The notes beneath the pieces were generated by a model. It did no database searches. It was given only the letters and a program-made list of their open reading frames with translations, and had not been told where the DNA came from. Below, piece after piece: positions 1 through 8,989 of a stretch of 64,000 bases of DNA. Each line of letters begins with the position of its first letter. Position 1 is the stretch's first letter. A program made the position numbers and the translations under genes. Origin of the DNA: a virus; IMG/VR virus record IMGVR_UViG_3300033064_003457, positions 11,066-75,065 of that record, one strand, 5' to 3'.

Positions 1-574
1 CAGCCAGGCAACCAAGATTCTCTAGAACATCAACATAATTTTGTGGACCCAACTCTAGCATTGTCTTGTTAACCACAGACATAACACAGACTCTTACTCC
101 TGCCATGCGTAGTTCTTTAACATTCCTAAATAACTTTTTGTTGTATTCTTCTCCGCGCATTAATCCATCATAGCTGACAGCTGACAATTCTTCTCCATTA
201 CTCTTTTCTGACATATATTTTAATAGAGATATCCAACCGTCATTCATTTTTTGCAATGACGTATATATATCAAAGACAGCGTTGCTATAGAATTCTTCTA
301 TGTTTGTTAGCATAGACCTTATGTACTCTGGAGATAATGTTTGTGGCTCAGCTCCATACAGAGTGAACTTAATCCTGTTCCATTTTGACCTATAATCTTT
401 CATTGATTCCAAAAGATTTCTAAGATCAGATATAGACATGTCTGAAGACTTATCCTCCTTAGACATAGCCTTAAGATAACAAGATGGGCAATTATTAAAG
501 CATCTGTATGTTATCCATAGGTGGGGATTAAAGTATCCTGTTTCTATGCTTAGTATCGGTTGAGACGTAGCCAT
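1..574 (-). CDS. Radical SAM enzyme 3 (runs off the left window edge; absent from ORF track)
   Basis: Manual translation from ATG 574: MATSQPILSIETGYFNPHLWITYRCFNNCPSCYLK...FTLYGAEPQ...AVSYDG..., open to position 1. CxxxCxxC motif plus GAEP variant of GGEP. An in-frame GTG at 583 overlaps the upstream stop. Confidence 0.9.
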   Translation of the reverse strand, partial: MATSQPILSIETGYFNPHLWITYRCFNNCPSCYLKAMSKEDKSSDMSISDLRNLLESMKDYRSKWNRIKFTLYGAEPQTLSPEYIRSMLTNIEEFYSNAVFDIYTSLQKMNDGWISLLKYMSEKSNGEELSAVSYDGLMRGEEYNKKLFRNVKELRMAGVRVCVMSVVNKTMLELGPQNYVDVLENLGCLA

Positions 575-579
575 GTCTA

Positions 580-1674
580 TCACGAGCAGTACCCCTCGTC
601 TCGTATATAGTTTTTTATGTAATTAGAAAAACTATCGTTATGTTGAATGTGGTGAGATATAACAGAAAAAAAACTTTTACTCTCATAGCATTCCTTACTC
701 TGACAGCACCCGCCATTGCAAGCTGGGAAGAATTCACACTCCATGCATTCCTTTCTTTGGAATCTTTCTCTTATGGCCATGTCTCTTCTTTTGGTAGAAT
801 TAGCAAAATCACTGAAGTTATCATCAAGTGTGCATATTGGATTATCTTTACTAGTATTGGGGCAGGTGCCAACAGTCCCATCAGAGTTTATTGTCATAAC
901 AGTCAACATACAATCGCGACCAGAACAACCGATATATCTCCCATCAAAAAAAGATTTTGCTTTACGTACAATCTCATTCTTAGGAAACTTTGTATACAAA
1001 TTACTTTCTATCAAGTAGTTAGCAAATTCTGCTTTCCATTCACCGTAGCGCTTGGTGTCTATTGCTATTTTATTCCAGTTTTTATCGGCCAGTCCATTCC
1101 TTGTTACCGGTTCAAAATGAAAACCATATATATTATTATCGACAAGAAAATGTATTAAATCTTTAGGCTCATTCTCTCTGATATAATCGTTCGATAATGT
1201 TATAACTAAATACACATCTAACCCATCTTTCTTACATTTTTTTATATTTTCTAACCAGACCTTTTCATGGCGCTTGTCTTTGTTAACAAATCTAATTCCA
1301 GGAGAGTATGATGTTCCAACTTGACCATTTAATCTTTTCTTTATAAAATTAACCAATGGAGTATTGTACATCAATAGATTAGTCTGTATAGAAAAATCCA
1401 TGTCCAAGAACGGTAGCGATGATTTTATAGTCTTATATATGTTTTCTAGTTTTTTTACTCCTAGCAATGTTGGCTCTCCGCCATGGAACACAACATCTAT
1501 AAACATACCCTGCCTATTCTTATCTATGTATTGTCCCATGGATGCCAAGAATGGACTTAATCTTTCTTCTTCCAATACAGAGCTTGTGTCCCCCGATGCA
1601 TTATAACAATGCAAACACTTAAGATTGCACTGCTCAGTTGGTTTTATGTATAGTGTCATCCTATTTTTTAACAT
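580..1674 (-). CDS. Radical SAM/SPASM-domain peptide/protein maturase
   Basis: CNLKCLHC, FHGGEP, QTN; C-terminal SPASM-like cysteines CSGRDC...GTC...CMECEFFPACNGGC...C. Confidence 0.93.
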   Translation of the reverse strand: MLKNRMTLYIKPTEQCNLKCLHCYNASGDTSSVLEEERLSPFLASMGQYIDKNRQGMFIDVVFHGGEPTLLGVKKLENIYKTIKSSLPFLDMDFSIQTNLLMYNTPLVNFIKKRLNGQVGTSYSPGIRFVNKDKRHEKVWLENIKKCKKDGLDVYLVITLSNDYIRENEPKDLIHFLVDNNIYGFHFEPVTRNGLADKNWNKIAIDTKRYGEWKAEFANYLIESNLYTKFPKNEIVRKAKSFFDGRYIGCSGRDCMLTVMTINSDGTVGTCPNTSKDNPICTLDDNFSDFANSTKRRDMAIRERFQRKECMECEFFPACNGGCCQSKECYESKSFFSVISHHIQHNDSFSNYIKNYIRDEGYCS

Positions 1675-2578
1675 ATGATATCCCCTTTAATTTTGAAAAG
1701 AACCGCTTTGCAGATTCACAATAATTTGTATCATCATAGGATTCAACCATCCAGTTACGTATTGTACATCCCCTACACAGATTAAAGTGATCGCATATAA
1801 AACACTTCTTTGGTATATCATATTTTAAGTCTTTTCTCTCTTTTCTCATGTCACCCATTACTGGACATGGGTACGAAGAAAAGTCTGTCTCTATATTAAC
1901 CATTACATCATCATTGATACATGTTTTTATGTATGGGCAGATATCGTTTCCACCTTTTAGTGAGTTAAGTATATTTGTAAACGGCTGTATTTCATGGAAC
2001 CCACTCTCTATCCATGCATCTATCAATCTAGTATATATATCAAACACATCTGAAACTTTCAATATTCTTTCTTTGTGCCTGGCGGCTAGGCCAGATGGAA
2101 CAATATAGTTTATCTTTAGTGGAAAATCCTTTGCTATAGAGCTACTTACCCATTCTTCTGCTTTAAGCAAAGATACGTTCTTGTTGGTATCTAATACTAT
2201 TAGGACAGGCGGTGAGTACCCAACCACTTCCCTAACCATCTCGTATGCAGTAAAAAAATCAGCCACGATATCAAACTTGTCACCACTGACTGACAGTCCC
2301 TGGAAATTTTTATGTGTTAGCACGCAATCCCACGAAGAGTCATATAGCATGATGTTTGACTGCAAAGAAAACTTAAGCCCCTTATCCAGTAGTTCTGAGT
2401 AATATTCAGGAGGTAGCATCATTGGCTCTCCCCCAATAAGAAGAACATTTTCTGACTTATATGTATCGTACAGTCTTACTATATCTCTCTGCTCTATGTA
2501 TCCGTCTCCACTAGTAGAACAAAACCAACATTTATTATTACAATTTAATACATTTTTAATAACTAAAAATTTATTCAC
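1661..2578 (-). CDS. Radical SAM enzyme with SPASM-like C-terminus
   Basis: CNNKCWFC, IGGEP, QSN; C-terminal CPYIKTC...PC...CFICDHFNLCRGC...C. Confidence 0.9.
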   Translation of the reverse strand: MNKFLVIKNVLNCNNKCWFCSTSGDGYIEQRDIVRLYDTYKSENVLLIGGEPMMLPPEYYSELLDKGLKFSLQSNIMLYDSSWDCVLTHKNFQGLSVSGDKFDIVADFFTAYEMVREVVGYSPPVLIVLDTNKNVSLLKAEEWVSSSIAKDFPLKINYIVPSGLAARHKERILKVSDVFDIYTRLIDAWIESGFHEIQPFTNILNSLKGGNDICPYIKTCINDDVMVNIETDFSSYPCPVMGDMRKERKDLKYDIPKKCFICDHFNLCRGCTIRNWMVESYDDTNYCESAKRFFSKLKGISYVKK

Positions 2579-3533
2579 TTCTTACCTCTATAGGGAAAAG
2601 ATCCCGCTTGCTTTTGCAGTTGCTTGTTATTACATAATTGCCATCCTTTAATACGCTTAATATATCGCTATCCGACATCCCATCGATACTGTCAATGTGC
2701 ACTGGCTGTTTTTCATTGTTATTAATGTATCTTTCTGTAAGTAATGAATAGTCTACTGTAGGAGCCAAAGCATTTATTACCATACCCTTAAATATTGATA
2801 TAGCATAGTCAAATTTCTTGTCTGTAGGATATGCTCTATATGGATTGTACTTCATGTCTCTCATCACAAAAGCTAACGGAACATACAGCCCTGATTTAAT
2901 TCTATATTGGCAATCTTCTATCTTGCTATTATTGTTGCCAGAATGATAGTCGTATGCCACATCAAAAAGATACTTACAGTGGTGCTTAAAATCATCCACG
3001 AATTGCCTATTGGTATCTATCATGTGCAGTAGCATCCACTTGGACCATTCGTTGATAAATTCAAAAGTATACTTATCTTTTATGTAAGTATAATATATGA
3101 ATTTGTTTAGCACAGTACTTACTATTTCATCCCACTTATCAAATATGTCTATATCATAAAAATGTCTCATGTACAAAGCATATAGTGATACTAGAACTAT
3201 TATTTTTGCCGGATAAACTATCTTCTTCATATCTGTATCTATGTAACTTACAAGCAATTCTTCCATTTGACTGTCTGTGACATTCTTTATTAATATATTA
3301 ATATTAATATTATTTGACAGATTTATAATATGTCTTCCTGACAGGTCAAGGCTTTCGAACTCAGCAAACGTTGTATTTAGTGCATTGCTGTTAGTCATCT
3401 CTAGCTCCAAGAGCTTCTCAAATATCTTATAGTCTATTGGATAATCTAGCTTTATTATGTAATCTGTGGCGTCGTTGTAGTGATTCATTAAATACGATAT
3501 CTTGTCTATATATTTTACCTTACTTTTTACCAT
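2571..3533 (-). CDS. Hypothetical protein, radical SAM cluster accessory
   Basis: 320-aa ORF overlapping both neighbours; no recognised motif. Confidence 0.7.
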   Translation of the reverse strand: MVKSKVKYIDKISYLMNHYNDATDYIIKLDYPIDYKIFEKLLELEMTNSNALNTTFAEFESLDLSGRHIINLSNNININILIKNVTDSQMEELLVSYIDTDMKKIVYPAKIIVLVSLYALYMRHFYDIDIFDKWDEIVSTVLNKFIYYTYIKDKYTFEFINEWSKWMLLHMIDTNRQFVDDFKHHCKYLFDVAYDYHSGNNNSKIEDCQYRIKSGLYVPLAFVMRDMKYNPYRAYPTDKKFDYAISIFKGMVINALAPTVDYSLLTERYINNNEKQPVHIDSIDGMSDSDILSVLKDGNYVITSNCKSKRDLFPIEVRSE

Positions 3534-3786
3534 TTATAACTATACCCCCATCAACCATATCAAACCCTAAGCTATCAATTTTTCTAGACAAACTGTCAGG
3601 TATCTCTGAGTTTATTTGTATCTTAATACTATTAGCTATACACTCAACATCAAAACTAATATTATCGCTCTTTAGCAATTGTACTAGAAATGTTATCTTT
3701 ACTATCTGGCTATTAGTAAAGCTATCATAGCTGTTATCAATACAATCAAAAAGCTTATTTTCTAATTCATAAATTTTCAATGACAT
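3520..3786 (-). CDS. Small hypothetical protein (88 aa), radical SAM cluster
   Basis: ATG at 3786; overlaps flanking ORFs. Confidence 0.6.
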   Translation of the reverse strand: MSLKIYELENKLFDCIDNSYDSFTNSQIVKITFLVQLLKSDNISFDVECIANSIKIQINSEIPDSLSRKIDSLGFDMVDGGIVINGKK

Positions 3787-4216
3787 CAATTATCTCCCGT
3801 TGATAGTAAAATAATTCAACAGTCTCATCTGTTGACTTTCTTTCTTTCCTTATAACGTCACCACACTCTATTACGTTTTCACCATATTTTTTAATCTCAG
3901 ATTTATAGTCTTCAAGATTAGATACTATGGTAATATTGTAATCCCTAATACTTATCGGCTTAAGCCTTACAAGACTCCTTAGGGTATATTCATCGCCGTC
4001 TTTGCTATGGATAAAAGGCATTGAGTAAAATAGAGATTCTACTAAAACAAGAAGTAGTCTGGCCCTTGACCCACTGTTTAGATACTGGTGGGTAATGACC
4101 TCTTTTAACTTAGGTATAAATTCATCATCTACGTATGCTGCGTTAGCAGGACAATACTCAGTCCAGGTGTCTATTGTTGGTATCTTATTGTTAGGCCAAA
4201 GTAAAATTAGTCTCAT
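3767..4216 (-). CDS. Hypothetical protein (149 aa, MRLILLWP...)
   Basis: ATG 4216 forms an ATGA overlap with the upstream stop; preferred over the ORF-track start at 4354. Confidence 0.7.
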   Translation of the reverse strand: MRLILLWPNNKIPTIDTWTEYCPANAAYVDDEFIPKLKEVITHQYLNSGSRARLLLVLVESLFYSMPFIHSKDGDEYTLRSLVRLKPISIRDYNITIVSNLEDYKSEIKKYGENVIECGDVIRKERKSTDETVELFYYQREIIDVIENL

Positions 4217-5136
4217 CGTATGGGCCTCGCTTCTTCTGGTGCTTTTCCTAAAGGATAATAGCTTAAAACAAATAACTGCATTTCGTCTACAGGTATATGT
4301 GGTCTTGATGGTACGAACACAAGAAAGTTCCCATCTATCCCTCTGCTTATCCATCTAGAGAAAACATCCTTTTTTAATCTAACTAATATGCTGTCAGTTT
4401 TTTCTGTATAGAATAATCCAGTTAAACTGTCCAAGACCTGTAATATGGCTCTTGGTTTATAATATTTTTTGAAATTATTTTTAATCTTAACGTAATAATC
4501 TCTGCCCATTGGTCTATAGTAAACAGATCCTTCCTTGATCACGAATGAACATATCATGGAATTAAAGTTTACACACATATTTAGTCCATGGTCATTATGC
4601 ATTTTTATCAGTTCTTTTTCTCCATCCTTATCGTGAGCTAGTACTACATGAAGAGCCGTCCTATTTATCTTAAGCTGGTCTATTGGTATTTCTGTCCTCA
4701 TATATGTATGGTCTACTGGTGCGGCATATTTATCTGCCTTTTGTGCGTAGTGAAAAAATCCATGCTGGAGTATCTGCATCGGTAAATTGCAATAAAATAA
4801 TGACAAATTTTCCTTTGTAAACGTAGATAACTTAAATGGCTCTTCCCACGAAGATAAACTTGGACCGCTTATTCCATCATCCCTAACCTCTAGTAGCCTA
4901 TCCCATCCATCTTTATACCATTGCCAACAAACCTGGAACCAGTTGGCGAACATATCAAAGTACTCGAAATTTCTTGGTGTAAAGTCTAGATTAAAGTACT
5001 CTACAGCATCATCGTTTTTATCAACGTCAAAGTGAGACCATACTCCTTCATCTATTTTTTTCATGGGGACTCTATCTTTGTCACCACCGAACAATTGTGT
5101 ATAGTAATCTGCTAGTTTTGTAAATTTTTCACTCAT
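4213..5136 (-). CDS. Hypothetical protein (307 aa, MSEKF...)
   Basis: ATG 5136 lies 2 nt after the stop of the Cys-rich gene; aromatic/His-rich; no family recognised. Confidence 0.7.
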   Translation of the reverse strand: MSEKFTKLADYYTQLFGGDKDRVPMKKIDEGVWSHFDVDKNDDAVEYFNLDFTPRNFEYFDMFANWFQVCWQWYKDGWDRLLEVRDDGISGPSLSSWEEPFKLSTFTKENLSLFYCNLPMQILQHGFFHYAQKADKYAAPVDHTYMRTEIPIDQLKINRTALHVVLAHDKDGEKELIKMHNDHGLNMCVNFNSMICSFVIKEGSVYYRPMGRDYYVKIKNNFKKYYKPRAILQVLDSLTGLFYTEKTDSILVRLKKDVFSRWISRGIDGNFLVFVPSRPHIPVDEMQLFVLSYYPLGKAPEEARPIR

Positions 5137-5138
5137 TG

Positions 5139-5699
5139 TTATCTTTTGCCTCTCTTGCAACTAGAGTAACAGCTAGAATGACAGCTGGAATGACACTCGC
5201 TTATTACTATATATTCAGTCCCTGCACTTGGAAAAAGAGTAGTGTTGTGTATGGCACATCCATCAACTATTATTTCTAATATATCCCTAGATGGACTTAA
5301 TACTATATTTTGTATCTTGCCACCTGCTACTGGTGCTGTTATGTACGCTGGAATGGCAGTGGTAAAGCTTCCATCCCTTCTGCCTTCAACATCACTAGAG
5401 ACTGCTGTCCTTCCATAATTCCATTCTCCGCTGGAGAGTCTCCTTCTACAGCTATCATATTTTCTCATGAAATTATATTTTGTTACAATACCATCGCTAT
5501 CAGAGAAGTGAGCTGCACGTATTGCTATGCCAGAAGTTACTGTTCTGCTAACAGTAGTTTGTGTCGACTGTAATAGAACAGACGGAGTTATAGTGCCAGT
5601 AGTAGAAGATATGTTAACATTATTACAGCTAGTAATAAGGTTATTTAATGTTCCTCTCGCAGAATTCCAATCTGTCGCTGATACTTTTCTTACAGACAT
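5139..5699 (-). CDS. Putative radical SAM target: virion-like protein with C-terminal (C-[H/Y]-S-S)3-C-KRGKR
   Basis: GGAGG SD; Ser/Thr-rich body with GIAIRAAH fibre-like motif; 12-nt repeat at 5157-5195 encoding CHSSCHSSCYSSC; upstream of three radical SAM genes. Target role is inferred. Confidence 0.7.
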   Translation of the reverse strand: MSVRKVSATDWNSARGTLNNLITSCNNVNISSTTGTITPSVLLQSTQTTVSRTVTSGIAIRAAHFSDSDGIVTKYNFMRKYDSCRRRLSSGEWNYGRTAVSSDVEGRRDGSFTTAIPAYITAPVAGGKIQNIVLSPSRDILEIIVDGCAIHNTTLFPSAGTEYIVISECHSSCHSSCYSSCKRGKR

Positions 5700-5714
5700 A
5701 TATTTCCTCCGTTA

Positions 5715-6014
5715 TTAGTATACAGGACCCTGTTCAGCCTCTATATATATTCTTTTCTCAAATCTTTTTTCATAATCGTATAATTGGTTACGTAGATCAA
5801 ACATGCTATCGCTATACCCTGACGGCATTATGTACCCAGAAGACAGCACTTCAAGGCTATCTCCGGTGGACGTTAGCTTATCATATGATGTCCGTAGATC
5901 AACCAATATTTCTGACAGCGTTGAGGCTATTTTGCTAGACTCTGTTTTGCCATAGTAGGCATGGTTTCTCTTTGTCGTTGTCACTATGCTATCAAAGTTA
6001 TCTATAAAAGACAT
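5715..6014 (-). CDS. Hypothetical virion-associated protein
   Basis: 99-aa ORF in fibre region, GAGG SD. Confidence 0.65.
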   Translation of the reverse strand: MSFIDNFDSIVTTTKRNHAYYGKTESSKIASTLSEILVDLRTSYDKLTSTGDSLEVLSSGYIMPSGYSDSMFDLRNQLYDYEKRFEKRIYIEAEQGPVY

Positions 6015-6024
6015 TCTTAACCTC

Positions 6025-6648
6025 TTATTTTGAAGAACACAATACAGTTATCGCTGTGGCCACAGATAGCGTTATGTCTAGCCTATCCATACTCTTGTGT
6101 TCTATTGTTTTCGGATAAAATACTTCTCCAGCAGATGTGTCAAATACTTCTACCAGCGGATATACTCCAAGATTGTGATCAACCTGGAAAAAAGTGTTAG
6201 ATGAGTATTCTTGCGAAAAGTAACCGCTAGAAGCTGGTTGCCATGTTCCTGATCCTACAGCGTCTGCCGTAAGCACATATCCTGGAATGGCTGTGCCTCC
6301 TAGCTGGAACTCATCAGTATATAGATATTCAAATATTCCTGATGGAGCAAATACCCCATAGCTGAATATTCCAGAAACAGATTTTACATACTCTCCAGTA
6401 AAAATACCAGATCCGCCCATATCGTAAACACCAGACGGCGTATATATTCCATGAGTAAATATACCAGACGCACTATATACATCGGTGAATATTCCAGATC
6501 CTATATATGCATAGTCAAAGTATCCAGATGGAGCACTGAACGTATCGCATCCAAGGTGCCAGCATCTTACGGCCCTATCCTTCAGGTCACCATCTCGCTT
6601 TAGCATATGTTTAGAGAAATTATTTAATCTGTCTTGATACTCTGCCAC
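6025..6648 (-). CDS. Tail fibre-like protein with SG[IVY][FY] repeats
   Basis: Seven ~10-12 aa repeats; GYVLTADAVGSGTW fibre motif; C-terminal HNLGxxPxVxVFD domain typical of fibre ends. Confidence 0.65.
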   Translation of the reverse strand: MAEYQDRLNNFSKHMLKRDGDLKDRAVRCWHLGCDTFSAPSGYFDYAYIGSGIFTDVYSASGIFTHGIYTPSGVYDMGGSGIFTGEYVKSVSGIFSYGVFAPSGIFEYLYTDEFQLGGTAIPGYVLTADAVGSGTWQPASSGYFSQEYSSNTFFQVDHNLGVYPLVEVFDTSAGEVFYPKTIEHKSMDRLDITLSVATAITVLCSSK

Positions 6649-6649
6649 C

Positions 6650-8986
6650 TTAATACCCCAATTTTATAGTGTAAGAATTTAGTGTAGGCGTTGTTATCGG
6701 CGATGAATCATCGTTTCTTGATAATACAGCCTTTAAGTATATATCATTTGTCTGTGTAGATATATATTTGTATGACAACACATATGTCTCAGCCCCATCA
6801 GGACAAAGCATGTCATCTGAAGAAGAGGACCATAGTGACGTTTGTGGCTTATAGTTTACCACTATTTCTTTATTGCTATCGCCATCATAATCAATAACAC
6901 AGAACCTAGAGTGATTTGATTTTAATGTGTTGTTTTTCAACTCAAACCAGCTAACCTCTTGTAACTTCTCGGCATATGCAAATTGTCTATACACTTTTTG
7001 ATATAAATATTTGTCATCATTAACACTATAGAATCTATCATTATCTTCACGTGGCTCAGCAGTCGTTACAACTTTATGCCAGCCTGGTGGTATATGAAAA
7101 AATGTTTCTGATGACAGATCTATTATTCCCTCGGTTGTAGTTATAGTTGTAAAGTTTCCAGCATCTTGCTCTGCAACGGTAAATGGAGTTATGTTAATAT
7201 CTAGCCCATCGCTGTTCAATATATATATATATGTAGTATACTCAGTTGGCTCAGACTCTTCATCATCGTACTTATAGTCCACATATACAGTGTTTGATGG
7301 AGACTGTGGATCGTCCGATATATTGCTACCAGTAGTCTTAGTTATTATTTTTGTAGAATAGCTCACTTCATAATCACTAGAATTTACATATACATAGCCT
7401 GGATTTTCTCCAGGTTCGCTCTTAACTACGATAGAGCCCCTTATCAGTCCTTCACCATCTATGGCAGCAGAGGTAGGATATGTCAAAGTTATAGTGCTAC
7501 CGATATCAAACGAATGCTCTTCATTGTAAATAGCAACCCTCTTGACATCATACTTTGGAGTTACTTGCCAATTGTTTTTTCCTCTATAGATCTCAACGCT
7601 ATCTCTAACTGGTTCATACGGAAACTCATACACTTTATAAAAATCCACACCCTTATAAGACTCTAGAGTAGCCCCATAGCTAGACTCGTCCCACTGTATG
7701 TCTGGAACATTAGTAAAGAATGAGACATGTCTAAAATCAACAAGTTGCTGTTCTGTTGGTTCTTGTGAATTTACTGGACTAACTGAAACCCAATTATATT
7801 CTGTAGGATCATCCTCGCCTTCTTCACCAAGGGATAGGTAATAATCTATTTTTGTTTCTGGCTGTATATCCTCTTCTGTTATTAGCACAGCTTTATCTAT
7901 AGTACTTTCTTCTCCGGTAGGATCTTCCATTGTAAAAACATTGGAATATAATGTCGACGTTTTATTATAAGCCATCTCTAGGATTTCAATATTTTTAAAT
8001 CCCACCGTGTATAGGTATGTTGATATATTTTCACTAGCTGCCATCTGGTCTTCTATGTCCTTAGTTACTACAAACTTTAAATATTTTGCCCTTAGTTCCT
8101 CAAAGTTCCATATGGTTTTCTTGTTGTCAGTTACTAGCTTATTTCCTACACCATATCCGATAGGTAATCTCTTAAAGTTTATATTATCTAGCGACCATAG
8201 AGGTTCAACCTTCATGTGATTGGATGATTGCCCCCGCATCTCTATCCTAGAAATATATGTACCCATATCAAGCTTAGGTGTTAGGTCTACAATGAAAGAC
8301 ACCACCAAGGCCCCACCTTTTGTGCTAATTATGCTTTGTGCCCACGAAGTGTTTATGTCACTAAAGGCATAACCAAACTTGCTATCCAACATAAGATGGT
8401 TAGATATTATGTTGTCGGCATATTCTTCGTCTGCTAGTATTGGATAATTCACAACATCAAAGTAGTGTGACATGTCTAATTTTTTTATTCCTTGGCGACT
8501 TTCCCTCAGGGTTACTATCCCCGCGTCTGTATTGACTTCACAAGTAGAATATTCTAAGTTTATATTGCTTCTATCTATAAAACTATCATGAAATGAGTAT
8601 AGATAACCTTCAGTGTCCTCCGCTACCAACAGAAGATCATCAAGGTTTCCTTCCAGTTTTTTAATCTCATGCATAAGTTTTTGTCTTTCAGTGTCGTAAT
8701 AATCAAAATCTTCTAGTATTATAGTGAACTGATCTACTAGTTCCTCATACAGATTGTTTAAGTCATTGCTCAATTCTTTTAAGTTGTCATTGTACTTGTC
8801 AATATCCCATGCCTTCCTATAGTTTTGTGTGCGTAATTTGAACGATGGCATACCAACGCTTATCATTTTATAGAATTTGCTTAGTTGTGATACTATGTGC
8901 TCCATAGTCGGAACATAGCCCTCTTTCATTCTCTCTTCTATGATTCTATTGACTTCTTTTTTTACTTGTCTGGATGCTATACTCAT
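6650..8986 (-). CDS. Large virion structural protein (paralogue C)
   Basis: 778 aa; N-terminal GxPxxxLR...YN...E...DL and C-terminal TPxLxxY shared with the next two genes. Confidence 0.65.
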   Translation of the reverse strand: MSIASRQVKKEVNRIIEERMKEGYVPTMEHIVSQLSKFYKMISVGMPSFKLRTQNYRKAWDIDKYNDNLKELSNDLNNLYEELVDQFTIILEDFDYYDTERQKLMHEIKKLEGNLDDLLLVAEDTEGYLYSFHDSFIDRSNINLEYSTCEVNTDAGIVTLRESRQGIKKLDMSHYFDVVNYPILADEEYADNIISNHLMLDSKFGYAFSDINTSWAQSIISTKGGALVVSFIVDLTPKLDMGTYISRIEMRGQSSNHMKVEPLWSLDNINFKRLPIGYGVGNKLVTDNKKTIWNFEELRAKYLKFVVTKDIEDQMAASENISTYLYTVGFKNIEILEMAYNKTSTLYSNVFTMEDPTGEESTIDKAVLITEEDIQPETKIDYYLSLGEEGEDDPTEYNWVSVSPVNSQEPTEQQLVDFRHVSFFTNVPDIQWDESSYGATLESYKGVDFYKVYEFPYEPVRDSVEIYRGKNNWQVTPKYDVKRVAIYNEEHSFDIGSTITLTYPTSAAIDGEGLIRGSIVVKSEPGENPGYVYVNSSDYEVSYSTKIITKTTGSNISDDPQSPSNTVYVDYKYDDEESEPTEYTTYIYILNSDGLDINITPFTVAEQDAGNFTTITTTEGIIDLSSETFFHIPPGWHKVVTTAEPREDNDRFYSVNDDKYLYQKVYRQFAYAEKLQEVSWFELKNNTLKSNHSRFCVIDYDGDSNKEIVVNYKPQTSLWSSSSDDMLCPDGAETYVLSYKYISTQTNDIYLKAVLSRNDDSSPITTPTLNSYTIKLGY

Positions 8987-8989
8987 TTA

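Noticed and set aside
580-2578. Radical SAM genes as QueE, NrdG or sulfatase maturases
   Set aside because: No queuosine, ribonucleotide reductase or sulfatase genes lie nearby in the window. SPASM-like tails and an adjacent Cys/His-Ser repeat protein fit peptide modification better, though this is not excluded without HMM searches.
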